Assembly (NCBI GenBank): GCA_973895155.1
Contig: OZ316895.1
Coordinates: 24,016,281 to 24,080,280, forward strand
DNA: 64,000 nt
Direction of reading: 5' to 3'
Source: Marsupella aquatica
Taxonomy: Eukaryota > Plantae > Marchantiophyta
A model generated the notes under the pieces. The model worked only from the letters and a program-made list of their open reading frames with translations. It made no database searches and had not been told where the DNA came from. Below, one piece after another: positions 11,881-25,100 of this stretch; positions within the stretch are counted from its first letter, which is position 1; every line of letters starts with the position of its first letter. Both the position numbers and the translations under genes were made by a program.

Positions 11881-14800
11881 CTGACTATGGGGGTCTCTGG
11901 CTAAGCGAGGAACTGGTTGATCCAAGAGAGAAGGCCTGGCAAAATTTCCCCAGCGAAGACTTTGCAGTGAGGTGGGATCTGGCGGATTTTAACCACTACC
12001 CAAAAAGCTGAACCTGACCATTGAGACAGTCAGATGTACCTTTGTTTAATCACATGAACATGGATGAACATGCTATGTCAGATCTTCAGGTTTCATTGCA
12101 TTGCCACATAACAAACTAACAAAGTAACCTGGAGACAGGATCCTAAAACCAGGTAACTCAATGAAGGAAAAAAAACTAGGAGACCAAAAAGCTCAATAAA
12201 GGAGAAAAACTAGGAAGACCAAAAAGCTGCTAGTCTACTATTATAGTAAACTGAAAAGCCTGGTAGAGTTACTTTAGCAACAATGCTAGAAAGAAAAAAA
12301 TGGATACTTCATGGGCTACTTTAAGAAAAGTAGTATGTCAAAATTTGGGATTTATGTACATAGGCCGCAAGTTAAGAAAGACAAAACGAATTCAAATTTC
12401 TTGATGAGGAAAAAACATAATTATGGTCCTCCTTTTTCTCATAGAAAGCCTGCAAAAGAAGGGGCCCACTGTGGCATGTCCTCGGGCTCCCACGGTACCG
12501 GTACTCCTCGTAACTGCCGGTCATCCTGCCCACGGTATCAGTGCCCTTAGATAAACTACCTATTGATTTATTTATTTTTCCCTTTGGAAAGATTCCATTG
12601 ACTGTACTCGCCTAGGGACAAGTAAAGAGTAAAGGGGCCCAAAAAACTATGTAGATAATTTTTTCATTGTCTCTTTTTACGGACCACATTAAAGTTTTTT
12701 TCCAAAATTCGAGACTCCACAGCATACCACATCATCATGACTCATTGTAAATAGATATGAATTGGTTTACAAAATAAAATTACTTCACCATTCGTGTTTG
12801 TGATAGTACTTTGGTAAACCTTGATGTAAAAATGTTTCAAAAATAACCATTTTATTTACCCTGAGTAATCAACTCTTCAATTAGTAATAGGCTCACCCGC
12901 CATTTTATATTTACCCTGAGTAACCGACTGCCCACCCTCATTTTGAATTGTGGTTCAATTGAGTAAATAAATCTCTCTCCGCAAGCTCTGCAACTAGAGC
13001 ACTGATGACAAAATAATCAATGATGGGATAGAGTGCCTCTATAACTTGAAAATTGTCTGGACCGGTTGTTTTTCAAGAACAAAAAAGAAAGGAGAATAGC
13101 GATGGTCTCTGTGTCATGACAATTTTCTCGACCTTCTGCTGTCACTCGCTTTTTAAGAAGAAGGAAGAAGTGGACAGGATTCTCTATAGGTTGACAATTC
13201 TCTCGACCTTGTGTTACAAATTGCCCATCTATACAGACTAGCTATCTCTATAAAGAATTTAATTTTTCAGAACACATCATCACACATTGTATAATACATT
13301 TATCTATATCACACATTCTCCAACACATATCTCACTACTTTTCAATCTCAATCAAAACAAATAGGGGTCCACGAACTAATTTTAGCTTGAAGGAAACTTT
13401 CACTTGCACATGAACATTTGAAGGGGGAAGCCAGGAGGAGGCGGAGGACCTACGGTCATTTTCCTATTTTAGACGTGCAACTTATTCCATCCAATTGATA
13501 CTGGATTATAAAGAATTATTCATATCGATTTAGAGTTCCACTCTTCTCCTCAATTATGTTATGTTATACCCATGAGATGACACAAAGCTTACATCTTTGG
13601 CCTTCCCTTATCCAACTGTTATTAATTTGTTTATACGCATCTAGCCACATCTTGGGTTAACAACAGTTTAATCTCTAGCTCATCTCACTCTCTCTTCAAC
13701 TCATTGGTGATTTGTCAGTACTCATCTAACCATGTCCTGGGTACTACATCTTTCTCTCATCCAATCATTATCCATTGTTTTGCCCGTACTCATTTAACCA
13801 TGATGTGGGTTTAGTACCAGTTCCAAGGAGTTAAGCTTTTCCTAGCTATAGATGCCCATTTCCAAGCTTATCTTTGGGAACTTTTGTTTGCCCATCCTCG
13901 ATGTATACCTAGCATCTTAATATGCCATCCTGTTTTTTTCCTCATGGTCTGTTTATGAGGTGTCATTGTGGCAAGGAAGCTTCCATTGCCATTCAAATAT
14001 GGTGTCATTTTCCTAACTGTTAGATGGACCTAAAGGATCCACTGTGCACCTTTACCATGAGCCACCCATCTATCTCTCTGCAGCTTGTACACTCTTAGAA
14101 ATTCAGTTGGCAATCCGAATACTCCTCACAGTGTCCGACCACCCGGTGGCCTCCTTCCACTTGACAACACTTCCGCTTGACAACACTGTGCAACTCAGTG
14201 GCACTGGGCTAGTTAAAACATATTATCTGACCCCAATAGAGGCAGACATAGCTTTCGCTTGAAGCTGAGAACCCCAACTAAGTCTTTCTGGCACTCTTAT
14301 TTTCAACTACTATTTTCAATTCTCAACTGCCACTTTTGGTAAAGCCTTCCCTGGATAAGACCTTCACTAAGATCACCTTTGGGCCTACTAAATCTGTAGC
14401 ATTAAGCATTCAATCAATCTAAACTGTTCAATCACATACTTACCTTCCTTAGTTGATTGTGGGACTCTTCTGCTATATATTATAGGTGTGTGGTTCATGT
14501 ATGTTTTGGCTTTCAATCTGAGTGTTTGATCACTTTGAGGGGCAATAAGTATATCAAAAGTAATTATTCAAAGTAGGGCAAAGCAATAATCTTAAAATCT
14601 CATCTCCCCCTAATATTAAAGAAGACAACAACAAAAAACCATTAGAGATATCTGCAAACTCGCCCTTATTGTCATGGTTGAATTTTGCAAACCATGGGTC
14701 TATTAACATACATTTAAGAGAAATTCAGCCAAGCTGAAGACTGACTAGAGAAAAATATGATGGGTTTGTGAAGGTCTCACTCCAAAAACAGCTCTAGGCA

Positions 14801-16149
14801 ATTAGAGACTAAGGCAGGGTTGTCATGAGGGAGTGGATGAGAATCATTGAGAACCAACAGGTCTTAGACAAAAGGTTTTTGCCTTCTCGACAAATTGTGA
14901 TCAATGCACAAAAGTCTTAAAAGGAGTGTTGGCTTTGGAAATAGCACTTTTTGATGGTAGGTTCTCTATGACTTTAGCAAGGAATAAATGCACAAAAGCC
15001 GTCTGACAAATCTTTCATGTGCGATCGCCTTGACAAGGCCTTCCTATATTCAATACTTAAAAACTGCTGTATTCACCTGAACCAGCCTTATTCTTCGTTT
15101 TGGGAGGGGAATTGAATCAGACTTCTGGTTCAGGCTTCCATGGATGGACTGTGGCAAGTTGCAGCAATCTATTGCCTATGTTTTGAGCAATGATTCATGG
15201 TAGGATTATTCATTGCTCTCATTTCTGTCTTCTACGAAAAAACTCTCCTCACTAGGCAGGCTTACTGGGACCTAAGGTTGGAAAGTAAAATGTTTTTCAC
15301 TCATCTTTCACTCCGAACACAATTCCATCCACCTTTTTCACTTGCACCAGTTTATATAATCTACACAGTATTCCTGGTAACAAAACTTCAGTATATGATT
15401 GCGTTTTTCTGATACAAACTCTGGCTCACACCCAGATAGTCACAATGCTTTTCACTTGAATGAGCTACAATGAATAGAGGGTGTCAATGTTGTGCCTTGG
15501 AGAAGTGACTGTGAGCAAGTTTAGCGGGGAAATGGTCTGCATCTGTGTACTGTGAGTATGCAGGCAAGGATTGGAATTTATTTGGCCCCACAATTAAGTA
15601 TGCAGATTTCAATTTTGAAGGCAATATGGATTTGGCAAATGCATTTTCCATGAACTTTGGGCCATAGAAATTGAGGATACTGACACCAAATGTAACAGCA
15701 ACTGCAAAGAAACGGTCTGCCTGTGACTTTATCACCCGTGACCTTGAGAACTCTGAAATGGGTCTCCCATAAGGGCTCATGGATTGATATTTGGCGTCCA
15801 CTAAAACTAGCATGATGGCACGGTATGCAATATACTTTACACAAATGCATTTTCATTGGACATGGAATGAATGTTCAACTGTTGGATGAGACACAAAAAT
15901 CAGCTTGGCAAACACAGCGCACAACTCTAATTTGAGATAGAATTCTAAGTTGATGGCCTACTCTGTAGAGTGCAACCATCAGTCATAGTTTCTCTGGTAA
16001 CCAAATTTTCTAATGTTTTTACTATACATGTGAATAAGTCTGGGCATGTAGAGTCTGGGCACATAGAGCCCTTTTCTGCATATGCACTGATTTTAGGACT
16101 AGTTTTTCATAAATTATAGAGAGAGTTACAAGGGTAGCTCACTTGGAAA

Positions 16150-16520
16150 ATGGACTCCTGTAAACGTAGGTACGACAAAGATTGTCCAAGTAGCATGTAG
16201 GTTTCATATTCAGGACCCAACAGGACTGTCAAGAATCAAATGATTACTCGTGGAGGTGTCATACCTGGGAGTTTGACCCCCCTGTGATTGATTGGCAACA
16301 TTTTGGGTACTCTACTGCAGTGGAAGCTTTCCAGTGTTCTACGACTCTTTGAGAAACCTAGTGGGACAATGGTGATGCATTCCTCAAAGTCAACAGGATA
16401 TATCCGTGTTTATTTGGCCAACCTTGAGTCTGAGAAGGTCACAATGGTTTACTATGGAGGGAAACTGGAGTGGTATAAAGAATGTATAGTGGAAGGACCT
16501 TCCTGGAGAAGATAATGTTC
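16150..16520 (+). mobile_element. Possible decayed LINE ORF1 (DUF4283/zinc-knuckle-like) relic
   Basis: ORF 16288-16515 has IGNILGTLL...IRVYL...VYYGG..WYKEC..EG....*C, matching the spacing of the plant LINE ORF1 C-terminus with an eroded CCHC knuckle. Confidence 0.35.
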
Positions 16521-16597
16521 ACATTTTCCCTTTCGCATTTTGAAACTGTTTTTTAACTAACTAGCCTGAGTACCTATACTTTGAACATAAATAGAAG

Positions 16598-16700
16598 TGA
16601 GTACATTCAAGTTCACTTCTCCATTTCCAGAGACTCACCCTGGCCCTGGCCCCAATGTTTGTTTTCCACTCACACCCTCAACTCCCATTATGTCCCCATT
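16598..16700 (+). repeat. Dispersed repeat; second copy at ~59018-59146
   Basis: Shared blocks tgagtacattca, cagagac, ccccaatg..tgtttt.cactca and ttatgtcccca in the same order. Confidence 0.65.
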
Positions 16701-19700
16701 TTCATAATGTAGAGCCTTCACTCTAGACCATAGGCTGTGAAGAGTAGCTTTTGATCTCACTTACATAGTTGGATTGTTCTATTTTCATATTTATTGACAT
16801 AATATGCCAACCCTAGATGAGTAAAATGTAAAACCCTACAACACTTTTTTGTTTGGGGGGGGGTGGAGCGGGATCCCAATGTATGACAATGCACTAATTG
16901 ATTCCACTTTTTTCTTACGTGGGAGTTTCAATTCAATTTATATCACGTTTCTGGAGAGCTCCCTTCGTTGCATACAACAATCCTGTTGAACAGCAGAAGC
17001 CACCTCCATAGCAGGACTAATAGTAACCAGAGAGGTTCTCATCAGTTTAGAACTCATACTACAAACCAAACTTGCGAAGGGGCTCCACTGATTAGATTAA
17101 CAACCCTTTTACCTGGATTTTGTGAGATGTAAACTGAAAGAATACTCAAAGCATCTTGTGGTAATCACTGACTTTTCCGTGTACAATGTATTTGAAAATT
17201 AAAATTAAAACTTAAAATACAAGAGCTTAAATTATGGCTTTGCATTATTTCCTGAAATGGAAGCCCAGATGGACCTCCACGTTTGCCAATGCTTGAATAG
17301 ACTTTCACAACCCAGATGGACAGCAGCAAAACCTCTGTGTGAAATGTGACAAGTAAGCGCATTAGTTATCTTTGAAAATTTCTAGATCTCCTTAGTCTCA
17401 CTGAATTTTGATGATATTAATCGCATTAGAAAGATCCTTCCAAGAAGAGTCTAACAAATAGGAAAAACAGATTCCATTAAAATAACAAAGGAGACAAAGG
17501 AGACACGTCAATAGGTGAATGTGTAAAAGGAGTTAAAGTCAATGGGAGCACCATTTTTCTGGAATACCAAATGATTAATATTTTGCAAAGCAGGATGACA
17601 CTAAGGTATTTGCAAAAAGGCAAGCATACTTGGAGTTTAGAGTTCAGAAGTCTTTTGAAGTGGCTAAAATTTTCTAGATTCCACCTCATTGAAAGTCCTC
17701 CCCACTTTTCGGTTTCCCCATTTTGGTACAATAGCTAGGTTTTCAGTCTTCCATTGGCCAGCTTCTCACCTAGGCACAGACCCAATTAGTCTGAATCTGA
17801 CAATTATCCTCAAATCTTGGGAGAATCAACTCAGAAATTAGTATAAGAAAATTTAGCAAAGTATTAATTGTTGCATCGTCTCTTTTTCACACAAGGTGAC
17901 ATTTGCCACCTTAGATAAAAGGAAAAAGCCTTTGAAAATTGAGGCTGGTCTAGACTAGTTTTGTTGGGAGTCAACTGATTTGCACAGTTTCCACTACCCT
18001 AGGCTATTCTTCCCCAAAAGCTACAATAGTCTCTTCTTTCCCAAAAGCAACAATATCATAATGGCAGTGCAGAATAGACGGCTTGAACAATGGAGATGCA
18101 ATTGTCCACGTGGAGGGGCATGTCGACGGCGCAGTCAGTCATACCATGGGTCAGTGAGTTGGTCAGTCATCCCACCCATGTGTGTTTCTGACGATACTGA
18201 CTCATTGAGTACTGTAGTGCCTTCCTGGGTTACGAAGGAACGTGAATCATTGAAATAATTGAACGTCAGAATATTATTCGTCTGTTTTCATTTTTTATTT
18301 TAAAATATAATGTATGATGAAAAATCAGTGTTTACATTGAACACTTACAACATTCTTAGTATTTGTATCACAAAAATCTTTTAAAATTTCCAAAAGCACT
18401 CCTAAACATTTTGTTAGCCAGTACCAAATTTTTAATAATTGGATGCCAGGGGATGTTGTATTATATTTTCACAGGTTCCCATATTCACCTATCAGAATTT
18501 CTCAAGAAAATGTTGGATCTCATAGCTTTTCTTGGCTGGATTTTGATTCAGTATTGTCATGAGGGCCAAAGATTACCTCTCTATGTATTGTCTGAATGTA
18601 TTATCAAAATCTGATGAACTGTAGATATTAACTCACTATTGTGTTCACATAGCTTTAGTGTGGGCCTGGTTTTGTTGGTGACCGAAACTATCTACTAATC
18701 CCTCATGTATTATATAGCACTCCTCTAAACTCCTCCAATGTCCCAGTAGCAAGTCCTCATTTTAGCATCTCAAACCTGAAGGGCCGCAAAAGAGTCCCTG
18801 AGCCAATAACATACTTTTGGAAGTTGCTTGCAATTGGTAAGCTACCTATTTGCCACTTTATTTCCTGGAAAATAAGTGTGACAGAGCCAAAACCCAAAGG
18901 TTTTCAGACGCCCTACTATACCATCCATCTGTCCATCCATCCACCCATCCATATGTTGAACCACAAACCCGAGGAAAGGACAGTACACGAGTAGTACAGC
19001 AGGAAAGGTCTTGGAAAAAGTGGGCATATGGAAGTCTTGTTTTCATTGAGTATTTGATGTCCACACCAACACCACCGTTCCAATTGGAAGATGGGTGACA
19101 ACTCTTTGTTGTACAGCTGAGGCACTGTCTGTCCACCTCTCATCCTGTATCATGATTGTCATTACATTCAATTAATATTGCTGAAAATTTGTCTCTCTTG
19201 TTCCTTGCCTTCATTAGGGCCTCTCACTCTAGTTGTTTCCTAGAGGTTTCCTGTGAATAAAATGCTCCAGGCCAGGTAGCTGACGAGAATCTGTAGTTAC
19301 AAAATGCAAGTATCAGCAACTCAAGTGGTGAGCACGGCGTTTGCATGATGCATTGCCTTGTGCGGCATGCATCTACGCCCCTTTGAAAATGGTCAACGCC
19401 CATTGAAAAATTGATAATGTGTGTTCTTTCGCATGCGTGTTGTGTGATCCATCTCAAACCAAAACCTGGGCAGCATAAAGTTGACCAAAATCCCAGTGTT
19501 GGTCATGAGTGTGAACAGATATTTTCCATTCCTGCTGCCTGAAAATTCTGGGGAATGTGTAGGTTTGAGATGCCCTAATGCGTACTAATACAAACGGACT
19601 ACGGAGGGTGATCCTTTCTAGAAATTGTTGCTAGCTGAAAGCCATCAATGTTCTTTGGTAGGGTGTGCTAGCACAATATCAAGATAACAGTTTCCCTTAA

Positions 19701-22158
19701 CTTAAGAGTTATGGGAATTCCCATAAAAGTTGTGGGTGCCAATCTTTGGCTTCTGCAAGGCACTTAACAATGTTTTGGCAACTCTAGGCACAAATCTGCT
19801 AATCCACAAAGCTGCAATTGAAGGCACGTGGGGGTAGGGCCAGATGAGATAATGGTTGCTGCATTTGGGGTGACAGCTGACCAAGAACAACTGAAAAGTG
19901 ATATACACTCTAAGATTGAGGTGATACCACAATGCCTGCCATACATTGTGATGTGGTCTAGTCACTTTTGAAAGAAAAACAGAGCATGCTTCTTTGTAGT
20001 TTCTACCACGTTGGTAGACATGGGTTTATTTATTTCAAATAGTGCCAAACTCTCCTTTCCCCAAGGATCAAGTTTCCTAACACCACCACTGATGTGTAAA
20101 TGCTTAGGAGGGTGGGAATTTGTAGTACCAAGTTCTTCTTCCTTGTTGTATGCATGGAGACATGCATATTCCTTACTACAATACTTAGCATGGAACTTGC
20201 TATCCATACAAAGCACTATTTTTACAATGCAGCTATAAGGAAGACAATGAAGTGTACACTGATATTACCACATCATTTCGATTGATGTCTGATTACCGGC
20301 ACAGGAAGGCAGGGGAATGCATTGGGCTTATGACTGAAGCCCAGTAGCAAATTGGAAATAGGAGTGGGAGGGAGTACTGTACTCGTTGTGTAGAGACCCA
20401 ATGAGGCACACTACTAATCCATAGCACTTTGAATTGATGGAGAATGCTGACTAAGTTAACCCCATTCATTTGAGAGTGGATTGGACATTTGGGCATGCCA
20501 GTAATCCACAGTGATATGGAATGAGTGAGTGCTGAGTTACAGCCACTCATAACCTAATGATTTTGCCAGCGGAAGGGTGGAAGGATGGAAGTTGTCATAC
20601 CTTCTCTAAATGTGAAGTTCACACAAATGCAACCCAAGTTGGAGGTGAGATTTCCGTTAGTGGCAGGTCTCGTCTTACCATAGAAGATTCTTCACGGAAC
20701 GATGACTTCCACCCCAGTTGGAGACTCTGTACACGAGTCCCTTCTAACCATGGAAGATGCTGTTGCCATATGTTTCCTGGCCACGTCTTTGAGCAAATTG
20801 TGCGTTAAATCTGAACAGAAACGACTCAGATTTGAAGATTCAACATTGGAGCCGCTCGTAGCAGGTGCACATGATCGACGATATTGTTGACCTTCATAGC
20901 TTTAGTCCAGGTACAAGATAGTGATGGATGACTGCTTTCCTCAAAGAACGTCCCGGGTAATTCATGACGGTTGTCCGCGTGACTTTCGAATCATTCACTT
21001 TGACCAAGACATCGTTCTTCAGCCATGATGTCAAGATCAATAGGCTTCTTGGCACCCTTAGAAACTGGACACACCAAAGTGGGAGTCCAAACACAGAACC
21101 TCTTAATTAGGAACTGGCCCATTTGAACCTGAAGAACCCCATACTGCCTGCTCGTTTCCTCAGTTGTCATCCTCATAGACAATGACTCCTTGCAACTTTC
21201 ATCTAGTGCAGTCCAATCACATTGTTCTTGACGCTAGTAGATTTCTTGTAGCGATAATACACAAACTCCGCGTTCCATTTAACTACGCGATACCCTTCCC
21301 AGGCAAAAAAGTGCGTCTCATACGACTGGCGGAGCGGTACTGAGCCACCCACGTCATGCAGGAAACTTAGATTTTAGGGCAATGAACCACTACTGTGGGA
21401 GTCAATGCATACAACTACGGAGGTGGAAATCAACTTGGAACCGAGGATCAGAATCCGGGGTTGTTCCCCAGGTCTGACCCTAGACTTTGATAACTACCCT
21501 TCAAAAAGAAATGAACAATCTGGGCCCTTTGACAGGGGCAGACAAACGTTGCAAGTTTGTAACTTGGGCATGCACCCAGCTCTTCAGCTCTTAGTATATT
21601 GTTGTTACAATGGCCATTCCTGCAAATCTAACATCGGGTGAGTTTGCAGAGCCTGGATACTTGCTTGCCAGCACTGAGTAGGGGAAAAGCCCACTTCAAT
21701 GAGAATTTACTATCATCCGCCTCTGACTGGTGGCTCAACGATGGGCTGGTTAACAACTTCAGAATGGGGGAAAGAAGAAAAGTGGTTGGTGCTTCAAAGT
21801 GGGCCAACAAAATCTACCACTCTGGGCTTTCTCAGTATGATAGCTGTACTTCCGTTCTCCCTGCTCCACCTGTAAGGCATGCTAGACTGTTGATATCTCC
21901 AACTGGGCTGAGGAACTGGACTACACGTGAGAGATCAATCAATCTACTTGAACATGGCTCCCTGCTTTCTATCTCCAAAACTTACCAAGTCATCAAACTG
22001 GCAGTGGGAAGCTACCTTAAATGCATTAGTGAGATACTAAGGGTCTGCTCGATACTAAAGGCAGGAGCAGCAGGAGTATACGATGTCTCACAAGCTGCAG
22101 TACAAAGTTACAGAGTACAATTATAAATTATGAACTCAAAACCAAGGCCAACGGGGTA

Positions 22159-25100
22159 TTATCTGGGTCCCGATAGCTCAACAGCATGGAGGTTGTCCGT
22201 CGAGTCCACAATCCATTCTGACGGTCTGTGAGGCACAAGCTCAACTTCTTGACTGCGCACCACTTCCACCTTTTGCCACTCCTCCCATCTCTCTGCTAAC
22301 CCGTCACCCGAGAGCATGCGGACCACTTCTGCCATTTTTGGACGATCCATTGGAGAGCCTTGGGTGCAAAGCAAAGCTACTTGGATGAGTTGCTCTACTT
22401 CTACTGGATCATAGTCATCCTGCAAATCAGGGTCTACCAAGAACTTCACCTTCCGTTCTCGCAGCAGTCCTTTTACCTGTTCCCAAACAAATCACATAGA
22501 CAGGTTGATTTCAGCTTGCTGTTAGCAGGAGTTCCCTTCCATGACGACCATACGTTGAAATTCTGCCCCTCTAGTCCAAAATTATACTACAGTACACAGA
22601 TAGTGGGTAGAGATCAAGCTTTCAGGTTCAAAATGGACATCCTTTCAAAGAGTTTATAATTCTTGAGAACTCACCCAATCAAGAAGCATGACATCATCAT
22701 CGTTGGCAAGACGGGCAAGGTCAAATGCTCGCTGCCCTGTTATCAACTCCAGCAACATGATGCCAAAACCGAAGACATCAGTCTTCTCAGACGACTTGCC
22801 AGTCGACAAATACTCTGGAGCGATATGACCAATTGTCCCACGAACTGCAGTTGTGACATGAGTGTCCTTATAGTCCATAAGCTTTGCCAGGCCAAAATCA
22901 CCCACCACGGCCTCAAACTCTTCATCCAGCAAAATGTTGGCTGCCTTCACATCTCGATGAATGATCTTGGGATCACAGTGGTCGTGCAAGTAGGACAGAC
23001 CTCGAGCTGATCCTAAGGAGATTCGTCTCCGTGTAGGCCAGTCCAGAGGTGGATCATCTGCCTTGCGCTCTGTCATACATAGGACAGGGAGCAATCAATC
23101 AGCGTTGCCTTTGCTTGACTAAACGGTTTCCAGGGAACAAAGACAGCCTTCAAGCTTGTAGATCTACCGCGATTTGACTTAGTTCGGTTCAGTTTCACAA
23201 ACAGTGGATTATCTAGCCTTCCATTCTTAAATTGACCCGAATACCGGAGCAAGTGAACAAACCTCGAAGGCGAGATGCAACACTGCCATTGGGCATGTAT
23301 GGGTACACCAGCAACCGTTCTGTGGGGGTCATACAAAAGCCCCGTAAGCGGAGCAGATTACGATGCACTGCCATGCTGATCATCTCCACCTCAGTCTGGA
23401 ACTGCAGCTCACCACCTGGACTGCGTTCCTCCTTCAGGCGCTTCACAGCTACCAACGAGCCGTCTGCAAGACGGCCCTTGTAGACTTTACCAAAGCCACC
23501 TCTACCAAGTATGTTCTTATTGTTGAAGTTGTCGGTAGCAACTTGCAATTCCCGCAAAGAGAATCTCTTCAGCTGCCCAAGATGAACCTCTGGGTCTTCT
23601 TCAGCTGTGAATCGCAACAAATACGGTAACACCAGACGTCAGCCCATGAAAATCTGTCAAAACACTGACAGCGTATGACAGAAGCCTTCAACCAAAAAAG
23701 CAGTACACTGAATAATCCTAAAGGATTCACTTGAGCTGACGCTTACCCGGGACGTCAAAGAATGCCTCCTGAGGTCGTCGGCGTCTCCACCATGCAAAGC
23801 CTATTGCTGGTGCAGCAAAAAGGAGAGCAGCACCAGCTGCAACTCCACCAGCTATGGCTCCAGTTTGTGATGATGGCGTCTGACCTGAATATAACACGAG
23901 ACAAATCTCAGCTTTGTTGCAACCTCAAGATTTTTCATGAACAGAATTCACAGAAATTAAATGGTTAGCATCTTTTGTAGGCGTCAACAGGAAATCAAGC
24001 AATTTTGTATTTCGACACACAGGTACTTGGGACCGACCACTGTTCTGTCCGGCAGTCGGCGGTGGTTGGGCAGGTGGAGGAGGAGATAGGGGAGGTCCCC
24101 CCGGACATTGCTTATCCACAGTAGCACCACAAAGACCTTCATTGCCACCAAAACTGCACAAGACGTTGTAACAACCAAAATAACAGTAAGCACTCTGCCT
24201 GTGAATGTTTAAGCAAGTACTTATATTATATTAGGAAAATGAAATTGGTTACATTACATGCACTAGTCAAGACGGGGATTTTTCTGCAACTAGAACGGGC
24301 AACGTGAACAGTCCGCTTTGACCAGATCTAGCTCGAAAGTAGACATCTCCGAAGAAACTGCACCACTGCCCAACAACCAGCATCATGCAGACCTGTTTAT
24401 GAATCTAATGCCAATACATCGTCCCACAGAAAGATAAGGAGAAGGAAGTACCTGATGGGGGTAAAGAAAGTAAATGAACCATTTGTCGGTACTTCACCAG
24501 TGAGGTTATTGCCGGAAAGATCACTGCATCAAAAAAAGATCGTTTTGAGTGATTTCGCCAAGGCAGGACATTACTGGATCCAATCGCACCATTTCCTCAC
24601 AGATCACGGATTTGGATAAGATACTTTCCAGACGACAAAAACATGAAGAATTCCTCTTTGCTGCCAAGGTCGATTGGCTCTAAAAGAAATGACATCATCT
24701 CACAAATCCGGATGGGATCAGGTCCACTTACAGGACTTGCAGTCCTCCAATATTCGTCAAAGACACCGGAATGGTACCCGTCAAGCTGTTATTGTTCAAT
24801 CGACTAACCATTACCGGAAACAGGACAAGAAGAGGGTCAGGCGCAGGTCACACTACGGATCATACAAGTACGAAATGAAATTTTTTGTATTGAATTTCAA
24901 GTTTTAGCGAATCTCCAGTACAGAATATCCATCAACCTCATTTTATCCTACGCCAGGACGGCTACTCGCAGTCAGTAAATCTTGCTCCGCCTGATCATGG
25001 CCATGTTGAAGCAAACGAAACTGTACTCTATCAACAAACTACGGAAAGCAGGCGCAAGCAGGTCACAGTGAGCTCACAGAAATCGTAGTGCTGACAGCCG

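Noticed and set aside
13400-15300. Possible further LINE ORF1 relics (also ~50200-50750)
   Set aside because: Only vague motif resemblance across many stops, which cannot be supported without a profile search.
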